A DNA stretch of 64,000 bases from Candidatus Aminicenantes bacterium (GCA_963725825.1 CAVSAI010000020.1:26995-90994); one strand, 5' to 3'. Counted from the stretch's first letter, positions 1 through 9,707 are shown. Notes: generated by a model from the letters alone, not told the origin. Translations and numbers: made by a program.

Positions 1-2679
1 CTCGACCCAGTCGCGGTTGCGAAGGGCGCTCTCGTCGGCGATGGGCACGACCTTGATCGTCCGAGAGCCCGCGCCGTCCGGGTTGGGCCCGACGGAGATC
101 TCGACGAGCTTGCCGGCGGTCGCTTCGAACCGGGCGAAGAGATCGCCGGGCGGGACGAGGTCCTTTCCCTCGACGGCCAGAAGATACTCGCCGGCTGCGA
201 CCTCGGCGCCCGGCTCGGCGAGCGGGGCGCGGAGCTCGGGCGTCCAGTTGAGCCCGCCGTAGATCTTCTTGAAGCGGTAGCGGCCGTTCTCGACGGCGTA
301 GTCCGCGCCGAGGAGACCGCCGGGGACGCGGGCCGGCTGGCCGAGGAAATCGCCGCCGCCGACGCGGTGGTGGCCGACCGAGAGCTCCGAGCACATCCAC
401 TGGATGAGCCGGTTGAGGTCGGCCCGGCAGGCCAGGTGCGGCAGGAAGGCCGCGTACTTCGCCTTCATCGCCTTCCAGTCGACGCCGTGGAAATTCGGGT
501 CGTAGAAGAAGTCGCGGTTGATGCGCCAGGCCTCGTCGAAGATCTCCGGCCATTCGGCAAGGGGCACGACGCGGACCTCGATCGAGTCGGTGGCCAGCTT
601 GCCTTTGCCCGGCTCGGGCTTGCCGCTCGTCGGCAAGATCGTCCATGCCCCGCGCGAGGCGACGAGCAGCTTCTTCCGGTCGGCGGTCATCTGGAAGCCG
701 TCGTTGGCCGGGCCGAAGGCCTCGTCCTTGCGGCTGGTGAGATCGAAGACGCGGATCGACGAATCGCCGGGGCCGCCTGAGGTGGGCGTCGGCGGCGGGT
801 CCTCCTTGCGGAAGAAGATCTTGCCTCCCTCGCCGGCCTGGAGGTTGCTGTAGACGCCGGCGGGGATCGGCGCGGCGACGATGCGGTCGTCGAGGCCGTC
901 GAAGTCGATGCGGAGCGCTTCGGCGGTCTTCACCGGCTCGGCCGGCTTGGCCGCGGCCGCAGCAGGGGCCGCCTTTTCATCCTTGGGCTTCTCCTCGTCG
1001 CTCTCTTTGGCCAGCGGGTTGGGCAGGTCCTTCCGCAGGACGGCCAGGTACAGGGCCGACGTCCGCCGCATGTCGGCGTTGGACATGTCGAACCACTGGC
1101 GGACGGGCCCGGCGTCGGTCGAAGCCAGGAACCAGAGGTACTTGCCTTCGGCGTCGAACGCCGGCTCGTCGACATCGCTCAGGCCGTCGGTGACCGGATA
1201 GGACTTGCCCTGGTCGAGGGAATGGACATAGACGCGACGGAAGAAGGTCGGCGTGCCGAGGGTGTAGGCGATCCACTTGGAGTCCGGGCTCCAGGAGGTG
1301 CCCATCGCGGACTGTCCGCCGGGCTGGTAGAGATATTCCGAGGCGATTCTCTTGACCGCGCCGGTCTTGACGTCGAGCCAATAGAGCGTGAGCGAATTGT
1401 CGGCGAAGGCGATCTTGGCGCTGTCGGGAGACCAGTTCGGCGAGCCGTAGAAGCCCGAGCCGCCGAGCTTGAATTTCTTAGGCTCGCCTTTGCCGTCCTG
1501 GGCCCGGATGTGGAGCTCGTATTCGCCGGAGGCGTCGGAGAAGTAGGCGATCGACTTGCCGTCCGGGGACCAGGCGGGCGTGCGCTCGTGGACGCCGGGC
1601 GTCTGGGTCAGGTCGCGCGGGTCGCCCTTTTCGGCGGGGACGGTCACGATGTCGCCGCGGAACTCGAAGACGGCCCGGGCCCCGGTCGGCGAGACCCCGT
1701 CGGCGGCGATCCACTGCGATCCTTTGGCGAAGCGCTCGCGCAGCTCGGGCAGGTCGGTGGCGACGCCGACGGTCAGGCGACGGCTCCGGCCCTGGGCGAC
1801 GTCATAGAGGTGGAGCGAGCCGGCCTGCTCGAAGACGATCCGGCCGGCCCCGGCCGAGGCCGAGGCCGAGGCCGAGAGGACGGGGAAGTCCTTGAACTCG
1901 GTCAGCTGCTTGACCTCCTTGGAACCCGTATCATAAGAAAAGAGGTTGAACTCCCCGTTGCGGTCCGAGCGGAAGTAGACCGTCCGGCCGATCCACATCG
2001 GGTCGACGTCGTTCGACCGGCCCGCGGGCTGGGGCAGCTTCTCAACGCCGAAGTCCAGGCCGTTGAAGATCCAGATCCGCGAGAACGTCCCGCCGCGATA
2101 GTTCTTCCACTCGTTGAAGGCTTCGGGGAAAGGGTTGTAGGCGATGAAGCGGCCGTCGGGCGAGATGTCGGCGTCGGAGGCGTAGGGGATCTTCAGCATC
2201 CCGGCTTCGCCGCCGGCGACCGGCACGGTGAAGAGCTGGGTGTAGGCGCGGTTGTTCGAGAACCGGCCCGAGGAGAAGAGGACGGACTTGCCGTCCGGGG
2301 TGAAGCCGAGCACGGTATCGGGCGACGGGTGCCAGGTCAGCCGCTTCGGCACGCCGCCGCCGGCCGGGACGATGTAGACGTCGGTATTGCCGTCGTATTG
2401 GCCGCTGAAGGCGACGAGGCTTCCGTCGGGCGAGAAAGCGGGATTGGATTCCGCGCCGGGGTCCGAGGTCAACCGCCGGACGTTCCGGCCCTCGAGGTCG
2501 GCGGTCCAGAGGTCGTTGGCGTAGACGAAGACGATCCGCTCGGCCGACACCGCCGGGCGGGTCAACATTTTCGTGTCGAGCGTGTCGACGGCGCCCAGTC
2601 GTCCGGCTCCGACGGCCAGAACGACCAGGGACGCCGCGGCGGCAATTCTCAACATCGAAGCTGTGCGGGTTCTTCTCAT
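1..2679 (-). CDS. Tricorn-like S41 family protease (PD40/beta-propeller, PDZ); 3' end runs off the window
   Basis: Read manually; absent from the ORF track because no stop lies in the window. ATG at 2679 with GGAGG upstream, signal peptide, RIVFVYANDLW, repeated WSPDG/FSPDG, IFDEAWRINRDFFYDPNFHGVDW, ending LRNRDWVE at position 1. Confidence 0.93.
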   Translation of the reverse strand, partial: MRRTRTASMLRIAAAASLVVLAVGAGRLGAVDTLDTKMLTRPAVSAERIVFVYANDLWTADLEGRNVRRLTSDPGAESNPAFSPDGSLVAFSGQYDGNTDVYIVPAGGGVPKRLTWHPSPDTVLGFTPDGKSVLFSSGRFSNNRAYTQLFTVPVAGGEAGMLKIPYASDADISPDGRFIAYNPFPEAFNEWKNYRGGTFSRIWIFNGLDFGVEKLPQPAGRSNDVDPMWIGRTVYFRSDRNGEFNLFSYDTGSKEVKQLTEFKDFPVLSASASASAGAGRIVFEQAGSLHLYDVAQGRSRRLTVGVATDLPELRERFAKGSQWIAADGVSPTGARAVFEFRGDIVTVPAEKGDPRDLTQTPGVHERTPAWSPDGKSIAYFSDASGEYELHIRAQDGKGEPKKFKLGGSGFYGSPNWSPDSAKIAFADNSLTLYWLDVKTGAVKRIASEYLYQPGGQSAMGTSWSPDSKWIAYTLGTPTFFRRVYVHSLDQGKSYPVTDGLSDVDEPAFDAEGKYLWFLASTDAGPVRQWFDMSNADMRRTSALYLAVLRKDLPNPLAKESDEEKPKDEKAAPAAAAAKPAEPVKTAEALRIDFDGLDDRIVAAPIPAGVYSNLQAGEGGKIFFRKEDPPPTPTSGGPGDSSIRVFDLTSRKDEAFGPANDGFQMTADRKKLLVASRGAWTILPTSGKPEPGKGKLATDSIEVRVVPLAEWPEIFDEAWRINRDFFYDPNFHGVDWKAMKAKYAAFLPHLACRADLNRLIQWMCSELSVGHHRVGGGDFLGQPARVPGGLLGADYAVENGRYRFKKIYGGLNWTPELRAPLAEPGAEVAAGEYLLAVEGKDLVPPGDLFARFEATAGKLVEISVGPNPDGAGSRTIKVVPIADESALRNRDWVE

Positions 2680-2795
2680 AAGGGCCTCCTCGAAGTCGGA
2701 TGGTCTCCTCATCATACGATTCGCCCGCCGTCACGTCAAAGCACTTATATCCTTCAGCGGCCTTCTCCCCAGACTCTTCGTTCTGTCTGCCGTCA

Positions 2796-2825
2796 TTGAC
2801 CGGGCGGCGGGGATTCCGCTATGAT
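2796..2825 (+). promoter_or_regulatory. sigma70-like promoter TTGACC-N18-TATGAT, near-leaderless
   Basis: Hexamers end 11 nt upstream of ATG 2837; no clear SD. Confidence 0.5.
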
Positions 2826-2836
2826 GGGCCGGAAAC

Positions 2837-4576
2837 ATGGTGACCAGGCCGCGCGATTTCTACGAGATCCAGGAGCGTCAGCGCCGCAGGAGCCTGCTCC
2901 TCTTCGCCGCCGTCCTCGTCTTCCACTTCGCCGCGCTGGGGCTCATCGGCCTGGCCTTCCTGGCCACATTCGGCCTGCTCTTCGGCCCGGGCCTCGCCGC
3001 CTCGCCCGGCTTCTGGCCGCGTTACCTTCTCGCCGACCTCGCCGTCGCCCTGGTCGTCGCGTTCTTCCATTTCAAAGACGCCCGAAAGAACGGCCCGCGG
3101 GTCATTCTGCGGCGCCTCCAGGCGGCGACGCCCGACGCCTCGGACCGCTATCACGTCCAGTTCCTCAATATCGTCGACGAGATCCGCATCGCCGCCGGCC
3201 TGCCGCGGGTGAACGCCTATGTCCTGCCCTCGTTCGCCGTCAACTCCCTGGCCCTCATCGAGGAGGACGGCACGCCGGCCGTGGCGGTCACGGAGGGGCT
3301 GTTGGCCGAAGGGACGCGCGACGAGCTCCAGGCCGTGGCCGCCCACGAGCTGGCCCACATCGCCCGCGGCGACGCCTTCTACCTGACGCTCGTCTGCTCT
3401 TTGGCCAACCTCTTCGAGAGGTTCAAGGACGCGCTCGGGTCGGCGGCGGAAGACCCGTCGTGCGGCGATGAAGGCCGCCGGGGCGGCGGCTTCCCGCCGG
3501 TGTTCTTCTACGCCGCGGTGGCCATGTCGGCGCTGGTCATGCGCCTTCTGAGCATGCTCGTCAGCCGGGAGCGGGAGCTCCTGGCCGACGGCGCGGCCGT
3601 CGAGCTCTGCCGGTCCCCCGAAGCGCTGGCCCGCATCGTCTATAAGGCCCACATCAAGAATTCGTTCGTCGGCGATTTCAGCTTGAGCTACGCGCCGCTC
3701 TTTATCGTCCGTCCGGACGCCCGGGACACGCCGGACACCCTCGCCGGCCGGGTCTTCAGCTCCCACCCGCCGCTCATGAAAAGGCTCGCCGCCCTCGGGG
3801 CGATGGTCCGGAAAAGCCCTGAGGCTCTCATCGAGAGCGTCTGGGCCGAGGAGCGGGCCCGCGAGGCGGCGCGCGGCGTCCTTCAATCCTATGAAGAGCT
3901 GCGGAGGCCGCAGCTGGAGCTTTTTCCCGGCCTGGAGAGATCGCCAGAGGGGCCCGCCGCCGGGACCGACTCCCGCGTCTGGATGCTGGCCGGGGCCGGC
4001 GAAAAAGCATGGGAAGGTCCGTTCTCCGTGGCGGAGCTGCTCTGCCGGCCGCGTTTTTCAGCCATCATGCGGGTCCGGAACACCCAGGAGGGCGTCGAGG
4101 CCCGGGCCCGCGAGTTCCCTCAGGTCCGGCTGGCCCTGCACAACCTGGCCCGGAAGAGGCCCCTGGCCCCGGGGCGGCAGAACCTCTGCCCGCGCTGCCG
4201 GATCCCCCTCTCCGAAGCGTTCTACGAAGGTGTCGGCATCCGCGTCTGCGGGCGATGCGCCGGCCGCCTGGTCGACGCGGCGGCCGTCGATCGGGTCGTC
4301 GCCCGCCGCGAAGTCGCGTTCTCGGACGCCCTGCGCGAGAAAGCCCGGCGATTCCGCGAGGCGGCCGTCAGGAACCCGCTCCGGCGCCAGAAGATCGAAT
4401 CGGCCCTGGCCGCGGATGTCCCCTGCCCGGGCTGCGGCTACCGCATGGCAGCCCGGCCGTACAACTACCAGTATTTCGTGCCGGTCGACAAGTGCCTGTC
4501 GTGCGGAAAGATCTGGTTCGACGCGGACGAGCTCGAGACGCTGCAGATCCTCATCGAGGAACGGACGGCGAAGTAG
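2837..4576 (+). CDS. M48 (HtpX-like) membrane zinc metalloprotease with two C-terminal zinc-ribbon domains
   Basis: TM helices, ELQAVAAHELAH, SRERELLAD, FSSHPP; C-terminal CPRC..CGRC and CPGC..CLSC. Confidence 0.9.
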   Translation: MVTRPRDFYEIQERQRRRSLLLFAAVLVFHFAALGLIGLAFLATFGLLFGPGLAASPGFWPRYLLADLAVALVVAFFHFKDARKNGPRVILRRLQAATPDASDRYHVQFLNIVDEIRIAAGLPRVNAYVLPSFAVNSLALIEEDGTPAVAVTEGLLAEGTRDELQAVAAHELAHIARGDAFYLTLVCSLANLFERFKDALGSAAEDPSCGDEGRRGGGFPPVFFYAAVAMSALVMRLLSMLVSRERELLADGAAVELCRSPEALARIVYKAHIKNSFVGDFSLSYAPLFIVRPDARDTPDTLAGRVFSSHPPLMKRLAALGAMVRKSPEALIESVWAEERAREAARGVLQSYEELRRPQLELFPGLERSPEGPAAGTDSRVWMLAGAGEKAWEGPFSVAELLCRPRFSAIMRVRNTQEGVEARAREFPQVRLALHNLARKRPLAPGRQNLCPRCRIPLSEAFYEGVGIRVCGRCAGRLVDAAAVDRVVARREVAFSDALREKARRFREAAVRNPLRRQKIESALAADVPCPGCGYRMAARPYNYQYFVPVDKCLSCGKIWFDADELETLQILIEERTAK

Positions 4577-4586
4577 CCGCCCGGCC

Positions 4587-5294
4587 TCAGTCGAATATCT
4601 TTTCCAGGTCCTGGTAGCGGCTGTGGAGCGTCTGGACGGACTCCGCGACGGCCGCGCCGTCGGCCTTGGGGTCGAGCCCGGCGAGGGCCGTCGCGGCCTT
4701 GACCAGCTCGCTCGAGGCCTTGGCGAACGCGTCGGCCTTGGCCTCCAGGCGCTTCGGGAGCTTGGCCGCGGTCACCGCCTCGGCCTTGGCCTTGAGGTCG
4801 GGCGCGGCGGCCCGGACGGCCCCCCAGTTCTTGGCCGGCAGGTCGGTGTGGTAGACGACGTAAAGGACCTTGTGAAAGTCCTCCATTTCCTTGAGCACGG
4901 GCTGGAGGGTGCGGACGAGCTTCTCATACTTGGCGTGAAGGAGCTCGGCGGCGTCGAGCATGGCCTTGTCGTCCGAGCCCTTGGCGGCGGCGTTGTAGGC
5001 TTCGACGGAGGCGCGGAACTCGGCCAGGCCGGCGTCGTACTTGGCCTGCTTGTCGCGCAGGATGCCGGGGAGCTTGGCCGTGAAGACCTTTCCGGCCAGC
5101 TCGTTCACCTGCGGCACCAGGCTCTTCAGCATGGCGATGTCTTTGTCCGGGTAGGCCGTATGCCAGATGGGATAGATGACCTCGTGGAAGGCGGTCAGCT
5201 CGGGAACGGTGCCCTCGGTTTCCTGGGCCAGGACGGGCCCGGCGGCCACGGCGAACAGGACGAACGCTATCGTCCAAGAGTGGTTCAACTTCAT
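4587..5294 (-). CDS. Secreted helical protein with two His-containing repeats
   Basis: Signal peptide; two ~100 aa repeats each with FH-x7-H and a later LH; GGAGG SD. Confidence 0.85.
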   Translation of the reverse strand: MKLNHSWTIAFVLFAVAAGPVLAQETEGTVPELTAFHEVIYPIWHTAYPDKDIAMLKSLVPQVNELAGKVFTAKLPGILRDKQAKYDAGLAEFRASVEAYNAAAKGSDDKAMLDAAELLHAKYEKLVRTLQPVLKEMEDFHKVLYVVYHTDLPAKNWGAVRAAAPDLKAKAEAVTAAKLPKRLEAKADAFAKASSELVKAATALAGLDPKADGAAVAESVQTLHSRYQDLEKIFD

Positions 5295-5343
5295 CGGATC
5301 CTCCTCGGGATAGGGTCGGAAAGGGGATTATAACCGAACGGCT

Positions 5344-6237
5344 TCAGATTTTAAACTCACCGGTATCGACCCATTCCTTTTTCAGCACCGACCAGAAATC
5401 CTCGGCCAGGCCTTTTTGGACATAGGCATAGGGCAGCCAGCCGTATCCTTTCTCGCCCCAACCCGGGCCCCACGAATTGCGGATGAGCAGGGCGCCCCGG
5501 GACGGCTCTCCGCCGGACGTGTTGGCGACGGGCATGGCGTCGTCGAAGCCCATGGCCACGACCGCGTGCCCTCCTTCGATCCGCTCGCGGCCGAACGGCA
5601 CCGGGATGCGGCCGGTCGTCTCGGCCTGGGCGATCGAGCTGTAGACCGTGAAGCCGAACATGGCCGGGTGCCCGGCGGCGAGATAGGTTTTCAGCTTTTC
5701 GAGGACGGAGGCCCGGGTCGCGCCGGCCGGGTCGTGGCGGTAATAAAGGAGCGTCTTGAAGTTCTGGGCGAAGGAGTAGCAGAAGGCCGGCGGCTCCCTG
5801 TCGAACCCGTCCTCGTCGTCGGTGTACGGCCAATAGGGCTCCGGCGGCGCGCCGAAGAGGACCATGGCGCCCATCGTCATGCGCAGGTAAGCCCCCGAAT
5901 CGCCTTTCGACTTCATGAGGTTGCGGGTCGCCTTATAAAGGAAAAGCCGCGACGACTCGACGTGGTGCCCGAACGATTTCTTCTCGTAGTACTCGATGAC
6001 CCCGGCCCCGGCCTGGGCCGTGCAGGATCCGAGGGCGCCCTGGTCCTCGACCGGCGAGGCCCAAGCACGCAGGTCGACCTCGGCCGGAAGCCGCGGACGC
6101 CGTCGGCCGCCCGCGGCGACGGACGTCACGCCGGTCGGCGCCAGGATCGCGCGGATGTCATGCGTCTCTTCGGTGTAGTCCCGGAAATCCGGAAGATCCG
6201 GGATCCAGCCCATGCCGCGCATTTTCGTTTCGTTCAT
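5344..6237 (-). CDS. Papain-like C1 family cysteine protease
   Basis: DQGALGSCTA (Gln/Cys), GGHAV (His), IRNSWG (Asn); GWIPDLPDFRD N-terminus; AAGGAGG SD. Confidence 0.95.
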   Translation of the reverse strand: MNETKMRGMGWIPDLPDFRDYTEETHDIRAILAPTGVTSVAAGGRRRPRLPAEVDLRAWASPVEDQGALGSCTAQAGAGVIEYYEKKSFGHHVESSRLFLYKATRNLMKSKGDSGAYLRMTMGAMVLFGAPPEPYWPYTDDEDGFDREPPAFCYSFAQNFKTLLYYRHDPAGATRASVLEKLKTYLAAGHPAMFGFTVYSSIAQAETTGRIPVPFGRERIEGGHAVVAMGFDDAMPVANTSGGEPSRGALLIRNSWGPGWGEKGYGWLPYAYVQKGLAEDFWSVLKKEWVDTGEFKI

Positions 6238-6351
6238 TTGTCCCCTCCTTTCTCGAGGTTCTTACTTGCATTTACGCAAACCGCCCGCACCAGTTTTAAG
6301 GCCGATAGGCTGGAACTTCAAAAACGAGCTGACTCTTGGACTCCCTAAGAC

Positions 6352-6531
6352 ATTTCCCGCCGGAGGATGGATGGGGGGTGACGCCGGGGGAGGAACCGTC
6401 CAGAGGCGAATGAGGGACTTGTCCGGGCCCGAGATATCCGTGAAAAGCGAGGACACGGTCGAGGCCTTTCCCGGGGCGTCCCCCCGAGTGCGAGGGGGAA
6501 ATCATCCCTGGAATCATCTAAAGGGGTGATT
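6352..6531. repeat. Imperfect intergenic inverted repeats
   Basis: GGGGGGTGACGCC (6373-6385) pairs with GGCGTCCCCCC (6475-6485); AATCATCCCT/AGGGGTGATT hairpin at 6500-6531. Confidence 0.5.
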
Positions 6532-6657
6532 GACCCTGTCCAGGGGTGAGAAAAGAATAGTGTTATGCGAAAGCGATCGCTGTCCGAACGTGTGTCCGGC
6601 GGGCCCGCGAGGGGCTTCGGCCGGAAGTGCGGCAGCGGAACGCCGTAGGATACGGGC

Positions 6658-8703
6658 ATGAAAAAGATCCTTATCATCGATTACGACCAGAATTCCCTGG
6701 CTTCCCTGCAGGGGATCCTTGCCGGGCAAGGCTACCAGGTCGTGACCGCGGCCGACGGCCAGAGCGGGTGGGACAAGTACAACAAGGAATCCCCCGACCT
6801 CGTCCTCATGGAGGCCATGCTGCCCAAGGTCCACGGTTTCGAGCTCTGCCAGAGGATCACGTCCGAACGAAATTCGCAGGCGACGGTCTTTATCATGACC
6901 GGGGTCTACAAGGACCGCGTCTATCGGACCGAGGCCCTGCGGACCTACGGGGCCTCGGAGTATTTCGACAAGCCCCTCAAGATGACCGAGCTCCTGGCTT
7001 CGGTCGAGGCCGTCCTCGGCAAGCCCGAGCCCCGGCCAATCGCCGAAAAGGCGGCCCCCGAGCCTTCGGTCCAGGCCCCCCCCGTCCGCGAGATCCGTCC
7101 GGAGCCCGCCCCGGCCGAACCGCGGAAGCGCGAAAGGCCGAAGTCCGACGACAGCATCTTTTCCCTCCCGGACGACCTCGACCGCATAAGCCGGGAGATG
7201 CCCAAGCCCCGCAAGCCCGTCCCGGCGCGCCGCGAGCCGGCCACCGAGTCGAGGCTCGACGCGAAGGCCGATGAGCTTCTCAGGACGGTCCTCATCGAAG
7301 CGGCGGCGCCCCGGACGGTCCATGCAAAGCCCGGGAAAGGGAACGGGAACGGGAACGGCAACGGCAGCGCCGATATCGACCAGTTCCTGAAGTCCGCCCT
7401 GGCCGGCCTCGACCTCAACAAGGAAAAGGTCAAGGTCCCCAAGACGGCGCCCCTGCCCCCGCCTCCGCCTCCGGCGCCCGAAAAGAAGCCCGTTCCGACG
7501 GCCTCGCGGGCCGCGATCCCGGATCTGAAGCCGGCCCCCGATCCCCAGCCGCGATCCGCCGCGTCCTTCCCGGACCCGGCGATGCGGGACATGAAGAACA
7601 CCCTGACGCCGGGAGATCCCGGGTCCGACATCTCGCCCTTCTTCACCCCCGAAAAGCCGAAGGCGGCCAGGCCGGAGGAGAAGAAGGCGGCGCCCGCGGC
7701 CGAACCCGTCCGCCCCGAGCCCGTCCGCGCGAGCCGGCGCCAGCGCGAGCCGGTGCGGCACGAGCCGACGAAGCACGAGACTGTCCCGCGCGAATCGAAG
7801 GACCGCGAAGCCGGCATCATCGCGGCGGCCGAAATGTTCCAGGGCATCACCGAACAGAAAGAAAAGAAGAGCTTCCCCAAGCTCATCGTGGTCGGCCTCA
7901 TTATCGCGGCCCTGGCCGCCGCCGGGTTCTTCCTCCTCCGGCCCAAGCGTCCCGCCGCGGTCCAAGCAGCCCCCCAGGAAACCTCGCAGGACTTGAGCCC
8001 GGCGAACGAGCCTGCCCCGAAGGTCGAGGAAGCCCCCCGGACCCAGGTCAAACCCGCGCCGGCCAAGCAGAAAGCCCAGCCCCTGGCCAAGCCGGCCGAT
8101 CCCGGCCAGGCCGCGGCCGACGCGATCCTCCCGGCCGGGCCTCCGGCCGCGGCTCTGCCGATGCCGGGGACCCCGCTCGGATCGGGGTCGGGCAACGACC
8201 AGACGGTCTCCGGGACGAGCCCGCAAGGAGCCGACACGGCCGCGGGAAAAGCCGTAGAGACGGCCCCTCCGGCGGCGAAACCGGAGGCGAACCCGCCCCT
8301 GACCGCGGCCGCCGGATCCGGAACGGTTTCGGACCCGGGGATCAAGACCTCCGGACCGGCGCCGACCCCGGTCAATGAGGGCGATCTCATCGAGCTCGGC
8401 GCGGTCACCGAGCCGCCCAAGGTCGTCAAGACCGTCGACCCGGTCTACCCGCAAACGGCCCGGCGGCTGGGCCGGGAGGGCCAGATCACGGTCAACGCCC
8501 TGATCGACGAGAAAGGGAACGTCATCGACACGGGCATTCTCAAGGGCATCCAGGACGACAAGGGACTCGGCCGCGCCGCCGAGATCGCCGTCCGGAAGTG
8601 GAAATTCCAGCCGGCCCGCAAGGACGGCGTCGCGGTCAAGGTCTGGAAATCGTTCGTCATCGCATTCAAGGCCGACACGAACCCGGCCAGCAAGATGGAA
8701 TAA
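6658..8703 (+). CDS. Receiver-domain / Pro-rich linker / TM / TonB C-terminal domain fusion
   Basis: N-terminal KKILIIDYD...PDLVLMEAMLP REC fold; one TM (LIVVGLIIAALAAAGFFLL); C-terminal PVYPQTARRLGREGQITV...AVRKWKFQPA TonB_C. Confidence 0.92.
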   Translation: MKKILIIDYDQNSLASLQGILAGQGYQVVTAADGQSGWDKYNKESPDLVLMEAMLPKVHGFELCQRITSERNSQATVFIMTGVYKDRVYRTEALRTYGASEYFDKPLKMTELLASVEAVLGKPEPRPIAEKAAPEPSVQAPPVREIRPEPAPAEPRKRERPKSDDSIFSLPDDLDRISREMPKPRKPVPARREPATESRLDAKADELLRTVLIEAAAPRTVHAKPGKGNGNGNGNGSADIDQFLKSALAGLDLNKEKVKVPKTAPLPPPPPPAPEKKPVPTASRAAIPDLKPAPDPQPRSAASFPDPAMRDMKNTLTPGDPGSDISPFFTPEKPKAARPEEKKAAPAAEPVRPEPVRASRRQREPVRHEPTKHETVPRESKDREAGIIAAAEMFQGITEQKEKKSFPKLIVVGLIIAALAAAGFFLLRPKRPAAVQAAPQETSQDLSPANEPAPKVEEAPRTQVKPAPAKQKAQPLAKPADPGQAAADAILPAGPPAAALPMPGTPLGSGSGNDQTVSGTSPQGADTAAGKAVETAPPAAKPEANPPLTAAAGSGTVSDPGIKTSGPAPTPVNEGDLIELGAVTEPPKVVKTVDPVYPQTARRLGREGQITVNALIDEKGNVIDTGILKGIQDDKGLGRAAEIAVRKWKFQPARKDGVAVKVWKSFVIAFKADTNPASKME

Positions 8704-8714
8704 AGGAGCGGCAA

Positions 8715-8963
8715 ATGGGTCTCAGCAAAGAACAAGAAGAACTCTACAAGAAGACGATGGCCGAGGTGAAGCACCAGCTGGAACATCTCGACGAGGAAGT
8801 CGAGAAGGAGCTCCAGAAGGTCCGCAAGCGCCTGGCCGAGCTCCAGGATTCCAAGAAATCGCTCAAGATGGTCTACGAGGGCACGGCCAAGCTCCTCGGC
8901 ATCGAGCTGGAGTTCGAGGACGGATCCGCCGACGAGACCGCCTCGATACCCAACAAGATGTGA
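8715..8963 (+). CDS. Small acidic coiled-coil hypothetical protein (82 aa)
   Basis: AAGGAG SD right after the upstream stop, ATG 8715; heptad E/K/L pattern. Confidence 0.8.
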   Translation: MGLSKEQEELYKKTMAEVKHQLEHLDEEVEKELQKVRKRLAELQDSKKSLKMVYEGTAKLLGIELEFEDGSADETASIPNKM

Positions 8964-9062
8964 GCCGCCGGCCCGCCCGGACCGTCGACGGCCGGGTCAG
9001 GCCCCTCTTTCCCGACAGGCGATTGACTGCCCCCCCGGGTCTTGGTGTAAACTCCCGTCGCC

Positions 9063-9701
9063 ATGTTCGTTCTTCTGGGGATCTTCTTCGGCCTGCTGGC
9101 GTCCGTGCCCCTCGGGCCGGTCAACTTCTTCGTCGTTTCCCAGGCGCTCAAGCGGGATTCCCTTCACGGTCTCATGGCCGGCCTGACGGCCGCCTTCTTT
9201 GACGGGAGCTTTTGCTTCATCGCCCTGGCGGGCTTTTTCAAGGTCAAGCTGCACCTGCCCCCCTACTCCATGTCGGTGCTGAAGGCCGTCGCGGCGGTCA
9301 TCATCTTCCTGCTCGCGCGCAGGCTCATCAAGGACTCGCGGACGTTCGATATCCCTCAGGACCGCGACAAGGTCCCTTCGGCCTCGCCCAAGCCGATCCT
9401 CGGCGTCGCTCTCCTCTATGTCACCAATCCGACCCTCTACATGTACTGGATCTTCGTGGCCGGGACGGTGACCGGCCACAACCTCCTCGGCCAGAACATC
9501 GTCCGCTACGGCACCTGGACCGCGGTCGGCTTCGCCTTCGTCGTCGGGATGACCTCGCTCGCCTGGTACTTCGGGCTCGTCCGCTTCGTCTGTTATCATC
9601 AGCGCCGCATCCGGCAGGAAACGTTCCGCAAGATCCTGCTCTACCTGGGACTGGCCCTGGCCGCCGTCGCCCTTTACACTCTGGTCAGGGTTTTCATCTG
9701 A
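9063..9701 (+). CDS. LysE family translocator
   Basis: SVPLGPVN and TNP motifs, about six TM helices. Confidence 0.88.
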   Translation: MFVLLGIFFGLLASVPLGPVNFFVVSQALKRDSLHGLMAGLTAAFFDGSFCFIALAGFFKVKLHLPPYSMSVLKAVAAVIIFLLARRLIKDSRTFDIPQDRDKVPSASPKPILGVALLYVTNPTLYMYWIFVAGTVTGHNLLGQNIVRYGTWTAVGFAFVVGMTSLAWYFGLVRFVCYHQRRIRQETFRKILLYLGLALAAVALYTLVRVFI

Positions 9702-9707
9702 CCCTCC

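Noticed and set aside
1222-2799. Long antisense or alternate-frame ORFs (also 6514-8454, 12300-15494, 34613-36706, 43722-46415, 58144-60696)
   Set aside because: Shadow ORFs of high-GC genes; Arg/Gly/Pro-rich with no motifs, opposite well-supported CDSs.
7339-7365. (GGGAAC)n repeat
   Set aside because: Encodes a GNGNGNGN low-complexity linker; in frame, with no sign of phase variation.
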